Shown here in pieces: positions 47,735 through 55,860 of a DNA stretch of 64,000 nt. The DNA is from an uncultured Bacteroidota bacterium. Lineage in GTDB: Bacteria; Bacteroidota; Bacteroidia; Bacteroidales; GCA-2748055. The translations under genes were made by a program, and so were the position numbers. The DNA lies in NCBI GenBank assembly GCA_963747365.1, contig CAVVFB010000006.1, positions 148,040 through 212,039 on the forward strand, written 5' to 3'. How positions within the stretch are numbered: the stretch's first letter is position 1; every line of letters begins with the position of its first letter. The notes under the pieces were generated by a model that was not told the origin of the DNA, made no database searches, and saw only the letters and a list, made by a program, of their open reading frames with translations.

Positions 47735-48533
47735 GATTGGAAAAGCACTTAAAGCCCTTTGGTGGATTGCCCGTAAACCCGTATTGCTGAACAGGGTTCT
47801 GACCGACGAGGAGACCTGGGAGGGTTATGTGGATAAAACTTTTGCATTGCCGCGTGGATTGCCCGTGATTACAATGGAACAGCTTGGTATCGATCCTATT
47901 GTCAACCTGGGGCCCATGACCTTCCTGGATGGCGGATCCCTGCCTACCGATATGATGTTGCTGGCCGGAATGGCAGGGAGGATAGAGGGGTGCCGGTATT
48001 TTGAGATCGGAACCTGGCGTGGTGAGAGCGTGGCAAATGTTTCATCCAGGTGCAGGGATTGTTATACCCTCTCGCTTACTGATGAGGAGATGAGGTCCAT
48101 GGGCATGCATGAAAAAACGATCTCCTCCCACCGGCTTTTTTCCAATGGGATTAAAAACGTCACCCATCTGAGGGGCAATTCCAGGAGTTACAATTTTGCA
48201 GCATTGGATCAGAAATTTGACCTGTTTTTTATTGACGGGGATCACCATTATGACACCATCGTAAGTGATACCCGGAATATCTTCCGACACCTGGTTCACG
48301 ACAAGAGTATCGTGATCTGGCACGACTATGGATTCCACCCCGACAAGGTGCGTTTCGAGGTGATGGCTGCCATCCTGGACGGAGCGGGTCCGGGGAGGGC
48401 AGACAAAATCTATCATGTGGCCCATACAAAGTGTGCCATCTATTCAGGCAGGGTTATCCATTCAAAACCCGCTGAATTTCCTTCGGACCCTGTTGAGTAC
48501 TATACATTTGAACTCACCCGCAAAGCACCCTGA
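47724..48533 (+). CDS. Class I SAM-dependent methyltransferase (Methyltransf_24/CmcI-like)
   Basis: 269 aa with the blocks FEIGTWRGES and FFIDGDHHYD.....R........S.VIWHDY. Confidence 0.7.
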   Translation: MMRKIGKALKALWWIARKPVLLNRVLTDEETWEGYVDKTFALPRGLPVITMEQLGIDPIVNLGPMTFLDGGSLPTDMMLLAGMAGRIEGCRYFEIGTWRGESVANVSSRCRDCYTLSLTDEEMRSMGMHEKTISSHRLFSNGIKNVTHLRGNSRSYNFAALDQKFDLFFIDGDHHYDTIVSDTRNIFRHLVHDKSIVIWHDYGFHPDKVRFEVMAAILDGAGPGRADKIYHVAHTKCAIYSGRVIHSKPAEFPSDPVEYYTFELTRKAP

Positions 48534-49717
48534 TGGATACACCGCACCGCATATTGGTCATTCCTTCCTGGTACCCGCCCGATGGGGGTTACTTTTTCAA
48601 GGAGCACAGTGAATCGGTCTCCCGTATGGGTTACCGGGTGGATGTTCTTGTAAACCGGGTGATCGGAGTCCGCAAGCTGATTCAGTCCGGAGTATCTGCC
48701 CTGCATACTTTCAGGATAGGGGAGGAAAACGGACTGCGGGTGATCCGTTCTGTTTACCTGAAAATTCCGGGAAACGAGAAGCGGAATATCAAAGGCTGGT
48801 CGAAGCGGGTAGTGAAGCTTTACGCCCGTTACCAGAGGAGGTTTGGTAAACCTGACCTGATCCTTGCACATAGTGTTACCTGGGCCGGATATGCCGCAGG
48901 TCTGATTCACATGAGATACGATATTCCCTTCCTTGTGGTGGAGCACAGGAGCTTTTTTGTCTGGACCACCCCCGAAGCCAGGAACATGGTAAAGCCGTTC
49001 TACCTGCCCTTCTTTGAGAAAGCATTCAGGAACTGCCATGCAGTGGTACCAGTCTCGGGCAGCTTGATGAGTGGACTCACCCATCTGATGCCATGGATCG
49101 AAGAAAAGGCAGTCATCATCCCCAACATGATCCAGGAGGATATGTTTGTTCTCCCCGCAAGACCCCGCAGGACCGATCCATTTGTTTTCTTCTGGGCAGG
49201 GAGGCTTGAACATGTAAAAGGCATCGATGTTTTGCTGAAGGCTGTTGATATTCTGAAAAAGAAAAAGATCACGGGGTTCAGGATCAGACTGGCCGGCAGG
49301 GGGAGTCTTCGGGAAGCGCTTGAGCTGCAGTCGGAAGAGCTGGGGCTCTCACAGGAGGTGGAATTCCTGGGCAGGATCACAAGGGATGCGATGCAAAAGG
49401 AGATGCAAAATGCCAATTGTTTTGTCCTGCCCACACGTTATGAAGCTTTCGGGGCCGTACTGATCGAAGCCATGGCTTCAGGATTACCGGTAATCGCAAC
49501 CCGTTCGGGTGGGCCCGATGATATTGTTAATAACGAGAATGGGTTACTGATCGAAACGGAAGATGCTCAGCAGCTGGCATCGGCCATGGAGCAGATCATG
49601 ACATCCTGTGACTCCTATTCAGCCGAAAAAATAAGGGAAAGCACCCTGGAACAATATGGGGAGAAAGCGGTGATGAACAGGTATCACGAGCTGTTTCAAA
49701 AGATTTTACATCAATAA
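48533..49717 (+). CDS. Glycosyltransferase family 4 (GT-B fold)
   Basis: 394 aa with the C-terminal block PTRYEAFGAVLIEAMASGLPVIATRSGGPDDIV. Its start overlaps the methyltransferase stop. Confidence 0.88.
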   Translation: MDTPHRILVIPSWYPPDGGYFFKEHSESVSRMGYRVDVLVNRVIGVRKLIQSGVSALHTFRIGEENGLRVIRSVYLKIPGNEKRNIKGWSKRVVKLYARYQRRFGKPDLILAHSVTWAGYAAGLIHMRYDIPFLVVEHRSFFVWTTPEARNMVKPFYLPFFEKAFRNCHAVVPVSGSLMSGLTHLMPWIEEKAVIIPNMIQEDMFVLPARPRRTDPFVFFWAGRLEHVKGIDVLLKAVDILKKKKITGFRIRLAGRGSLREALELQSEELGLSQEVEFLGRITRDAMQKEMQNANCFVLPTRYEAFGAVLIEAMASGLPVIATRSGGPDDIVNNENGLLIETEDAQQLASAMEQIMTSCDSYSAEKIRESTLEQYGEKAVMNRYHELFQKILHQ

Positions 49718-49773
49718 TTATTCACCAAACAAATTCGCTGACAGAAATTTTTTATAAATTTGCACTCCCAAAC

Positions 49774-49851
49774 GGTGGATGTAGCTCAGCTGGTTAGAGC
49801 GCTGGATTGTGGTTCCAGAGGTCGCCGGTTCGAACCCGGTCTTCCACCCCA
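49774..49851 (+). tRNA. tRNA-His (anticodon GTG) with encoded G-1 and encoded 3' CCA
   Basis: Cloverleaf by hand. The acceptor stem is GTGGATG/CTTCCAC with one U6.U67 mismatch. The D arm is GCTC/GAGC. The anticodon arm is CTGGA-TTGTGGT-TCCAG. The T arm is GCCGG-TTCGAAC-CCGGT. An extra 5' G pairs with C73, and CCA lies at 49849-49851. Confidence 0.9.
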
Positions 49852-49858
49852 CACTAAA

Positions 49859-49890
49859 AACCGTCAGGCAAACCCTGGCGGTTTTTTTTT
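49859..49890 (+). terminator. Rho-independent terminator after tRNA-His
   Basis: The hairpin CCGTCAGG-caaa-CCCTGGCGG has one G.U pair and is followed by T9 (49882-49890). Confidence 0.8.
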
Positions 49891-49913
49891 AGAAAATTGC
49901 TATCTTGGTTATC

Positions 49914-51005
49914 ATGAAAAGAACAATCGGGCTTTTATTTCTACTGATCGCCCTGCATATAGTATCTGGCTGCAAAGGAGACAAGGAAATATTTGTGGCC
50001 TATTCCGATCCCCGGATCACCTATGAAGGCAGAATTGACTCCTCTCGAATGGAAGCGGCAGAGTTGTACTGGTCGGGTTCATCCATCCGTATCAATTTCC
50101 AGGGAGATTCCATTTCGGCATTGATGAGCGAGAGCAGGGGCGATAACTATTACAATGTCATCATAGACCAGGACTCGTTTTTCATATTGAGGCCTGATAC
50201 CCTGAAAAAATATTATACCCTGGCCTCCAATTTATCTGCCGGCGATCACACCGTAGAGCTATTTAAGCGAACCGAATGGGACAGGGGTAAGAGTGCGTTT
50301 TATGGATTCAAGATCGGAGGAAGAGCGAAAGTACTGGCAAAATCGCCCGCAAAAAAAAGGAAGATGGAGTTTTACGGCAACTCCATAACAGCAGGTTATG
50401 CCGTGGAGGACTTTTCAGGAGGCGACTCGCCCGATAGCACCTACACCAATAATTACCTGAGCTACTCGGCTATTCTTGCCAGACACTACGATGCAGAATA
50501 CAGGTGCACCTGTAAAAGTGGAATTGGCATAACCATCAGCTGGTTCCCCGTTATCATGCCCGAAATTTATGACCGTCTGGATCCTGAAGATCCTCATAGT
50601 CAATGGGATTTCTCACTCTATCAGAGTGATTTGGTGATTATTAACCTGATGCAGAATGATTCCTGGCTGGTTCATATGCCTGAACATCCGGAGTTTCAGT
50701 CGAGGTTTGGTGAAGAGGCTCCCGGCGATACAGCCATTATTGAGGCATACCGGCAGTTTGTGGCAAATATCCGGTACCACTATCCCCGGGCACATATCAT
50801 CTGTGCACTCGGAAGCATGGATGCCACCCGGGAGGGATCACCGTGGCCCGGATATGTTACACAGGCCGTCAACGATCTGAACGACAGCAGGATTTATACC
50901 CATTTTGTAGACTACAAGGATACTCCAGGTCACCCCTCAATCATCGAACAGGAGGAAATGGCCAAGAGTTTTATCAAATTTATTGATGAGAATATAGATT
51001 GGTAA
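49914..51005 (+). CDS. SGNH/GDSL hydrolase family protein (CE2-like esterase with an N-terminal beta-sandwich), lipoprotein
   Basis: The signal peptide has lipobox VSGC. It has block I FYGNSITAGY, block III-like QNDSW and block V GHPS. The ORF opens at TTG 49905 and the ATG is at 49914. Confidence 0.8.
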   Translation: MKRTIGLLFLLIALHIVSGCKGDKEIFVAYSDPRITYEGRIDSSRMEAAELYWSGSSIRINFQGDSISALMSESRGDNYYNVIIDQDSFFILRPDTLKKYYTLASNLSAGDHTVELFKRTEWDRGKSAFYGFKIGGRAKVLAKSPAKKRKMEFYGNSITAGYAVEDFSGGDSPDSTYTNNYLSYSAILARHYDAEYRCTCKSGIGITISWFPVIMPEIYDRLDPEDPHSQWDFSLYQSDLVIINLMQNDSWLVHMPEHPEFQSRFGEEAPGDTAIIEAYRQFVANIRYHYPRAHIICALGSMDATREGSPWPGYVTQAVNDLNDSRIYTHFVDYKDTPGHPSIIEQEEMAKSFIKFIDENIDW

Positions 51006-51912
51006 AGTACTGAAGGTCAGATTGAACTGATTTCACGAATTGCTCTTTTGATATACTCAGCTCCTTTTCGCCCCGCTCGGCCCCTCCAAGCGGATATTCA
51101 CAGTGAATTGAAAAATTGGCAGAGATCTTTAATTTCTGAAGCTCTTCCAGGTACGATTTAAAGGGGACGATCCCTTTTCCAAGCGGTACATCGACCACCG
51201 TGCTGCCTTCCCAGGTATAGTCTTTGATGTCAAGGCTGTTGATATAGGGACTGAGGATCTCCAGGAAAACCGGCCAGGTATCGGGCCCCTCTACAATGGC
51301 ATGCCTGATATCGAACTGTACCCCGGTCCACCTGGGATCAAGTCCATCGATCATCTTCAAAAGGTCCCATCCCGAACTGCCCACAGAGAGTCCTGCGTGG
51401 TTCTGGTAGGATGCGGCAATATGATTGGCCCGGTTTATCACCTGAAGCTGACTCATCTGCTTTCGTGCATGACTCAGGACATCGGCAACCGGAACCCCTT
51501 TTTCGTACCTGAACCAACCCGGTCTGTAGAGGCCAATACCCAGTTTCCCGGCGGTTTCCAGGATATCCCGGGTCAGGGAATCTTCCGAATCAATGATTTC
51601 TGTGGTGATCATGGGAACCTCCAGCCCCCAGGCCCGGATCTTTTCGACGGCAATCGGGAGATCCCTTTTTACATTCTCCGGGAGAACATGTCCGCCTTTT
51701 CTCACGGTCAGGTCGATCCCGGTGAACCCGATCTCCGAAGCCAGCTGGGCCATCACTTCATATCCCAGCCAGTGCAGGTGTTTGGAGAAGATACAGATAT
51801 AGGGTTTCAACTCCCCCTGAGGAGGTCCGGGTCTGCCCAATGCCCCAGCAGGCAAAAGCGATGTCAGCATGGCAGCTGAGGTGGTTTGTTTTATGAATTT
51901 TCTTCTTTCCAT
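50980..51912 (-). CDS. Sugar phosphate isomerase/epimerase (xylose isomerase-like TIM barrel) with a Tat signal
   Basis: 310 aa. The twin-arginine leader is MERRKFIKQTTSAAMLTSLLPAGALG. Its 3' end overlaps the convergent SGNH gene by 26 nt. Confidence 0.8.
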   Translation of the reverse strand: MERRKFIKQTTSAAMLTSLLPAGALGRPGPPQGELKPYICIFSKHLHWLGYEVMAQLASEIGFTGIDLTVRKGGHVLPENVKRDLPIAVEKIRAWGLEVPMITTEIIDSEDSLTRDILETAGKLGIGLYRPGWFRYEKGVPVADVLSHARKQMSQLQVINRANHIAASYQNHAGLSVGSSGWDLLKMIDGLDPRWTGVQFDIRHAIVEGPDTWPVFLEILSPYINSLDIKDYTWEGSTVVDVPLGKGIVPFKSYLEELQKLKISANFSIHCEYPLGGAERGEKELSISKEQFVKSVQSDLQYFTNLYSHQ

Positions 51913-52077
51913 CGAAGTGAATGGTATTGGTTTCAGTCAGAACTGTTCTTTTAAAGGAGATACCAAGATCGAACAAAATATCTGAAACTGTTGAATTTTG
52001 ACTTCAATTTTCTTCAGAACCGCATTCATTTCTGCAAAAAATATTTATATATAAGAATCATATATATAATAATGTTA

Positions 52078-52085
52078 TATATTTG
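52078..52085 (+). promoter_or_regulatory. Candidate -7 box (TATATTTG) immediately upstream of the PadR start; implies a leaderless or near-leaderless mRNA
   Basis: The TAnnTTTG match ends 5 nt before ATG 52091. Confidence 0.4.
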
Positions 52086-52090
52086 TCGTT

Positions 52091-52423
52091 ATGATCGCAA
52101 ACGATTTACTTAAAGGTACCTTGAGAACCATTGTTTTAAAGTTGTTGGCCGACAACGGACGGATGTACGGGTATGAAATTACCAAAAAGGTGGAGGAGCT
52201 CACCACCGGTAAAGTCAAACTCACATTCGGTGCCCTCTACCCGGTTTTACATAAACTGGAGGCTGACGGACATATCACCACTGAACAGGAGTTTATCGGG
52301 AAACGTGTCCGGAAGTATTACACTCTTACCGAAACGGGGCGGTCGTGGAGTGAGCAGAAGGTGGATGAATTTTTCGATTTTGTAAATACGCTCACTTACG
52401 TGCTCAAACCTACCCCGGCCTGA
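52091..52423 (+). CDS. PadR family transcriptional regulator
   Basis: 110 aa with a winged helix (MYGYEITKKVEELTTGKVKLTFGALYPVLHKLEADGHI). Confidence 0.92.
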   Translation: MIANDLLKGTLRTIVLKLLADNGRMYGYEITKKVEELTTGKVKLTFGALYPVLHKLEADGHITTEQEFIGKRVRKYYTLTETGRSWSEQKVDEFFDFVNTLTYVLKPTPA

Positions 52424-52424
52424 A

Positions 52425-53645
52425 ATGATTACTGCAATCATTGACGACAACTATGAACGCATGAAAGCCGACCTTGTCAGCCGCGGACTGACTTACGACC
52501 GGCTGATGGATGACCTGCTGGACCATGTTTGTTGCATGGTGGAGGAGTCTATGGAGAAAGGGAGCGATTTTGAATCTTCCTACAGCCTGGTACTCGGCTC
52601 CATCGGTGACAACCGGCTGCCGGAAATCCAGCACCAGACTTTATTAAACCTTGATAAAAAATTTCAAAGAATGAAAAATTTCACGTATCTGTTCGGATTG
52701 ACATCTGCGATCCTGACCATACTTGGTTCGTTATTTAAAAGAATGCACTGGCCCGGTGCCGGTATCATGATTACTGTAGGAATGATGCTGATTGTCCTTG
52801 TATTCCTGCCACTCTACTTTATTACCAGCCAAAGGGAACAGGTTGAAAGAAAAAACCCGGTATATGCCATTGTCGGTTACCTGACCATTGCCCTGCTACT
52901 GGCCGGCGCAACCTTTAAGCTCATGCACTGGCCGGGAGCCGGATGGCTGATCTATTCAAGTATTGGCTTCCTGCTTATTGGTTTTGTGCCTCTTTATGTG
53001 GTCAATGCATTTCAGAGAAGCGGAAAAGAGAAAGCCAACCTGCCCTATATTGTGATGTTGCTGGTGGGGATCGCCTGTGTGATGGTAATGGGCAACATCA
53101 ATATGGGCAGAGATCTTATTGATATATACCAGAATGAAGCTGTGGCCAACCAGCAACAAACCGCTGCGGCGCAGGAACATACCGCCTGGCTGCTGGAGGT
53201 GGCAGAGGATGGTTCACATGCCGGTCAACTGGCCGCCATCTCAAAAATACACAACCAGGCAAGGGATCTTCAGGTGATGATCCATGATATGCAGGAGGGA
53301 ATGGTTGCTTTTGTGGGGCAGCCGGGGGCATCGATCCAGGAGGTGAAGGGAAAAGATAATAAACATGCTGGCAGGGAGGCCATCCTTGATAGCGGACTGG
53401 GACATGCCTTTATCCTGGAGTCCAGACAATTCGCTGCCCTGCTGGATGAGGTTGTAAAGGATCCGGTGGCAAAAATCCAGATCGGGGATCACCTTGAATT
53501 TGCCGGATTGCCCTTCGAGTATGAGCATGGACCCAGGGGTGTGGAGAAATCGCCGCTGATGAAGAACTATTATAAGAACACGGATGCTTCCAAGGGAATA
53601 GCCCTGGCCGAATATGTGGCCATTGCAACCCTGCTGCACCCCTGA
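52425..53645 (+). CDS. PadR-associated membrane protein: N-terminal cytoplasmic prefix domain, duplicated HWPGAG two-helix hairpin, one further TM segment, and a ~180-aa C-terminal soluble domain
   Basis: 406 aa, starting 2 nt after the PadR stop. The repeated segment is LFKRMHWPGAGIMI... and TFKLMHWPGAGWLI..., 60 aa apart. Confidence 0.8.
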   Translation: MITAIIDDNYERMKADLVSRGLTYDRLMDDLLDHVCCMVEESMEKGSDFESSYSLVLGSIGDNRLPEIQHQTLLNLDKKFQRMKNFTYLFGLTSAILTILGSLFKRMHWPGAGIMITVGMMLIVLVFLPLYFITSQREQVERKNPVYAIVGYLTIALLLAGATFKLMHWPGAGWLIYSSIGFLLIGFVPLYVVNAFQRSGKEKANLPYIVMLLVGIACVMVMGNINMGRDLIDIYQNEAVANQQQTAAAQEHTAWLLEVAEDGSHAGQLAAISKIHNQARDLQVMIHDMQEGMVAFVGQPGASIQEVKGKDNKHAGREAILDSGLGHAFILESRQFAALLDEVVKDPVAKIQIGDHLEFAGLPFEYEHGPRGVEKSPLMKNYYKNTDASKGIALAEYVAIATLLHP

Positions 53646-53665
53646 ATGCTGCCTGCAATAAAAGA

Positions 53666-53691
53666 AAAAGGGGTCTTTGAGGACCCCTTTT
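53666..53691. terminator. Hairpin terminator in the convergent spacer (AAAAGGGGTC-tttgag-GACCCCTTTT)
   Basis: A perfect 10-bp stem flanked by A and T runs, 21 nt after the stop at 53645. Confidence 0.7.
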
Positions 53692-53883
53692 AACTAACCA
53701 CTTAAACCTAAAAGAAAGGACGTAAGATTTGTTTTCAAGGTTTGTATTTCATATAATATGCCAAAAATTGCAAACGTCAGAAAACAAGCGTAGTAGGTGT
53801 TATTTCAGGTGATTGGAATCAGGAAAAAAGTGAACGGTTGTGGTACCGGTATGTACGATTCCGTACGTTTTTCAACGCAATTA

Positions 53884-53953
53884 CTGAGCACTGAGCACTG
53901 AGCACTGTACACTGTGCACTGAGCACTGTCCACTGAGCACTGTCCCCTGAGCA
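53884..53953. repeat. Heptanucleotide tandem repeat, 10 units of CTGAGCA and variants (CTGTACA, CTGTGCA, CTGTCCA, CTGTCCC)
   Basis: Read directly: ctgagca x3, ctgtaca, ctgtgca, ctgagca, ctgtcca, ctgagca, ctgtccc, ctgagca. The last unit touches the TAG stop (53954-53956, minus strand) of the DUF2147 gene. Confidence 0.95.
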
Positions 53954-54397
53954 CTATTTCTTCGTCCAGGTTGTCTTTCGTCCCAGTGCCTTGATCCCTG
54001 CAACGTACCCTTTGATATAAAGGTTGTTGTAGTCGCCATCTTCAAACCAGGCGTAGCAATCGTAGGTTTTGCCGTTTTTAGGATCGTAAATAGTTCCCCC
54101 GCCCCACTCTTTTTTATCGGAATCGTATTTGAAGTTTTTTACAATGGTCAGGCCCATCAAAGGCTTCTTGGCCAGAGTTGCATCAGGGTTCTCCTTGTCC
54201 AGCTTGGGCGCACCAAATTCATTTGGTTCCTCCAGCCAGACTATTTTTCCTGAGATTTTTCCATCAGTTCCGTTTTTGACTTCAATTTTTGATGTTTTCT
54301 CTTCGTTAAACCAGGTTCCTTCAATTTTATTGGACTGTGCGTTGAGGAACAGGGGAATTAAAAGTGCAGTAACAGCAATAAACAGATGCTTTTTCAT
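53954..54397 (-). CDS. DUF2147 domain protein (secreted)
   Basis: The start is taken at ATG 54397 (MKKHLFIAVTALLIPLFLNAQ). The body is G.W.....TSKIE......GK..GKIVWL........KLD..NPD..L..KPL.GL.I...F........W.GG.IYDP..GKTY.C. Confidence 0.85.
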   Translation of the reverse strand: MKKHLFIAVTALLIPLFLNAQSNKIEGTWFNEEKTSKIEVKNGTDGKISGKIVWLEEPNEFGAPKLDKENPDATLAKKPLMGLTIVKNFKYDSDKKEWGGGTIYDPKNGKTYDCYAWFEDGDYNNLYIKGYVAGIKALGRKTTWTKK

Positions 54398-54458
54398 ATT
54401 TTGAGATTTAGTTAAGGGAGGCAAAATAGTGAATTCGCCCGTGAACTACAATACCCCC

Positions 54459-54965
54459 TTAAATTCTTACGTATTCAGTAAAGGTGTGGGCGTATGGGTT
54501 ATTCTCCCCGGCTTCCACTGATTCGGATGAAACGGCCCTCCATTGCGTGAAATCGATTTGAGGGAAGAATGTATCTGCCTCAAAGGAGCTATGGACCCGG
54601 GTCAGGTAAAGCTTACCGGCTATTGGAAGGAACTGGGCATAAACCATGCCCCCACCAATGACAAAGCACTCTTCCGACGAGCGGGTCATGGCAATTGCAT
54701 CATCGATGGACCGTGCCATTTCACACCCTTCGAAGGTCTCGTCAGCCACATCGGTGATTACAATATGCTTACGGTTGGGGAGCTTGCCATTGGGCAGTGA
54801 AAGGAAGGTGTTCCGTCCCATGATCAGCGTATGGCCTGTGGTCAGTCGTTTAAACCGCTTCAGGTCATCCGGGATGTGGCACAACAGTTTATTCTCTTTC
54901 CCGATGGCCTGGTTTTCTGCAATTGCCACAATGATAGAGATGTTGTGAAGGATATTGGTTTCCAT
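54459..54965 (-). CDS. folA: Dihydrofolate reductase
   Basis: 168 aa with IVA...N..IG..N.L..H.P.DLK.FK..T.GH..IMGR.T..S and GG..VY. It lies directly downstream of thyA. Confidence 0.92.
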   Translation of the reverse strand: METNILHNISIIVAIAENQAIGKENKLLCHIPDDLKRFKRLTTGHTLIMGRNTFLSLPNGKLPNRKHIVITDVADETFEGCEMARSIDDAIAMTRSSEECFVIGGGMVYAQFLPIAGKLYLTRVHSSFEADTFFPQIDFTQWRAVSSESVEAGENNPYAHTFTEYVRI

Positions 54966-54966
54966 A

Positions 54967-55761
54967 TCAGACAGAGATTGCTCCCTTTATATGTGGGTGT
55001 GGATCGTAATTTTCCACGATGAAATCTTCAAATTTAAAACCGAAGATATCCCTGACCTCCGGATTAAGACGGACAGTGGGAAGGGCTCTTGGTTCCCTGT
55101 TCAGCTGGAGACCGACCTGCTCCAGGTGGTTCAGGTAGATATGTGCATCCCCCAGGGTAAGAATGAATTCACCGGCCTGAAGTCCGGTTACCTGTGCCAT
55201 CATCATCAAAAGAAAAGAATAGGAGGCGATGTTGAAGGGTACTCCCAGAAAAATGTCGGCACTCCGCTGGTATAACTGGCAGGAGAGTTTTCCATCAGCC
55301 ACGTAAAACTGGAAAAGAATATGACATGGTGGCAGGGCCATATGGTTCAGTTCACCCACGTTCCAGGCGCTGACAATATGACGCCTTGAGTCGGGGTTAT
55401 TTAAAATGGATTGAACCACTGAAGAGATCTGGTCCACATGACCCCCTCCCGAGGTGGGCCAGCTTCTCCATTGGAAGCCATAGATGTGTCCAAGGTTTCC
55501 ATTTTCATCGGCCCATTCGTTCCATATCCTGACTCCGTGATCATTCAGATATTTCGTATTGGTTTCTCCCCGGAGAAACCAGAGTAGTTCGTGAATGATT
55601 GATTTGATGTGTAGTTTTTTGGTGGTCATCAGGGGGAATCCCCTGGAAAGGTCAAATCGCATCTGGTACCCGAAGGTGCTAACTGTTCCCGTTCCGGTGC
55701 GGTCCCCCTTCCTGACACCGTTCTCCGATACATAAGATAATAGATCGAGATACTGTTTCAT
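54967..55761 (-). CDS. thyA: Thymidylate synthase
   Basis: 264 aa with MKQYLDLL......G....DRTGTGT.S.FG.QMRFDL, the active-site block ALPPCH and the block DAHIY.NH. Confidence 0.97.
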   Translation of the reverse strand: MKQYLDLLSYVSENGVRKGDRTGTGTVSTFGYQMRFDLSRGFPLMTTKKLHIKSIIHELLWFLRGETNTKYLNDHGVRIWNEWADENGNLGHIYGFQWRSWPTSGGGHVDQISSVVQSILNNPDSRRHIVSAWNVGELNHMALPPCHILFQFYVADGKLSCQLYQRSADIFLGVPFNIASYSFLLMMMAQVTGLQAGEFILTLGDAHIYLNHLEQVGLQLNREPRALPTVRLNPEVRDIFGFKFEDFIVENYDPHPHIKGAISV

Positions 55762-55839
55762 GATTTCAACTTCTCCGGGTGGTAAAAGTAGACAATCGAC
55801 CCTGAATTATAAAGGGAAAAATATCAACACCAAAATCAC

Positions 55840-55847
55840 TATATTTG
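55840..55847 (+). promoter_or_regulatory. Candidate -7 box (TATATTTG) for the AI-2E family transporter gene
   Basis: TAnnTTTG match 14 nt upstream of ATG 55861. Confidence 0.4.
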
Positions 55848-55860
55848 GGTTTGAGAATCT

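Noticed and set aside
48500-49213. A 237-aa minus-strand ORF opposite the GT4 gene. A similar case is 60521-61096 opposite actB.
   Set aside because: They are antisense shadows of well-supported genes and contain no recognisable motifs.
49718-49913. tRNA-His considered as the integration site of a genomic island.
   Set aside because: There is no integrase, recombinase or transposase, and I found no duplicated tRNA 3' segment on either side. The flanking genes look like ordinary chromosomal genes.
49760-50026. An 88-aa + strand ORF spanning the tRNA-His gene and its terminator.
   Set aside because: It reads straight through a tRNA and a hairpin/T9 terminator, so it is spurious.
50980-51005. 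A 26-nt 3' overlap of the convergent SGNH hydrolase and TIM-barrel genes, considered as a regulatory antisense feature.
   Set aside because: Short convergent overlaps are common in compact genomes, and nothing else in the sequence supports a special role. The same applies to the 4-nt stop/stop overlap at 5119-5122 and the 10-nt overlap at 650-659.
53884-53953. The tandem repeat considered as a CRISPR array.
   Set aside because: The units are 7 bp and directly abutting with no spacers, and no cas genes are in the window. It is a microsatellite-type repeat.
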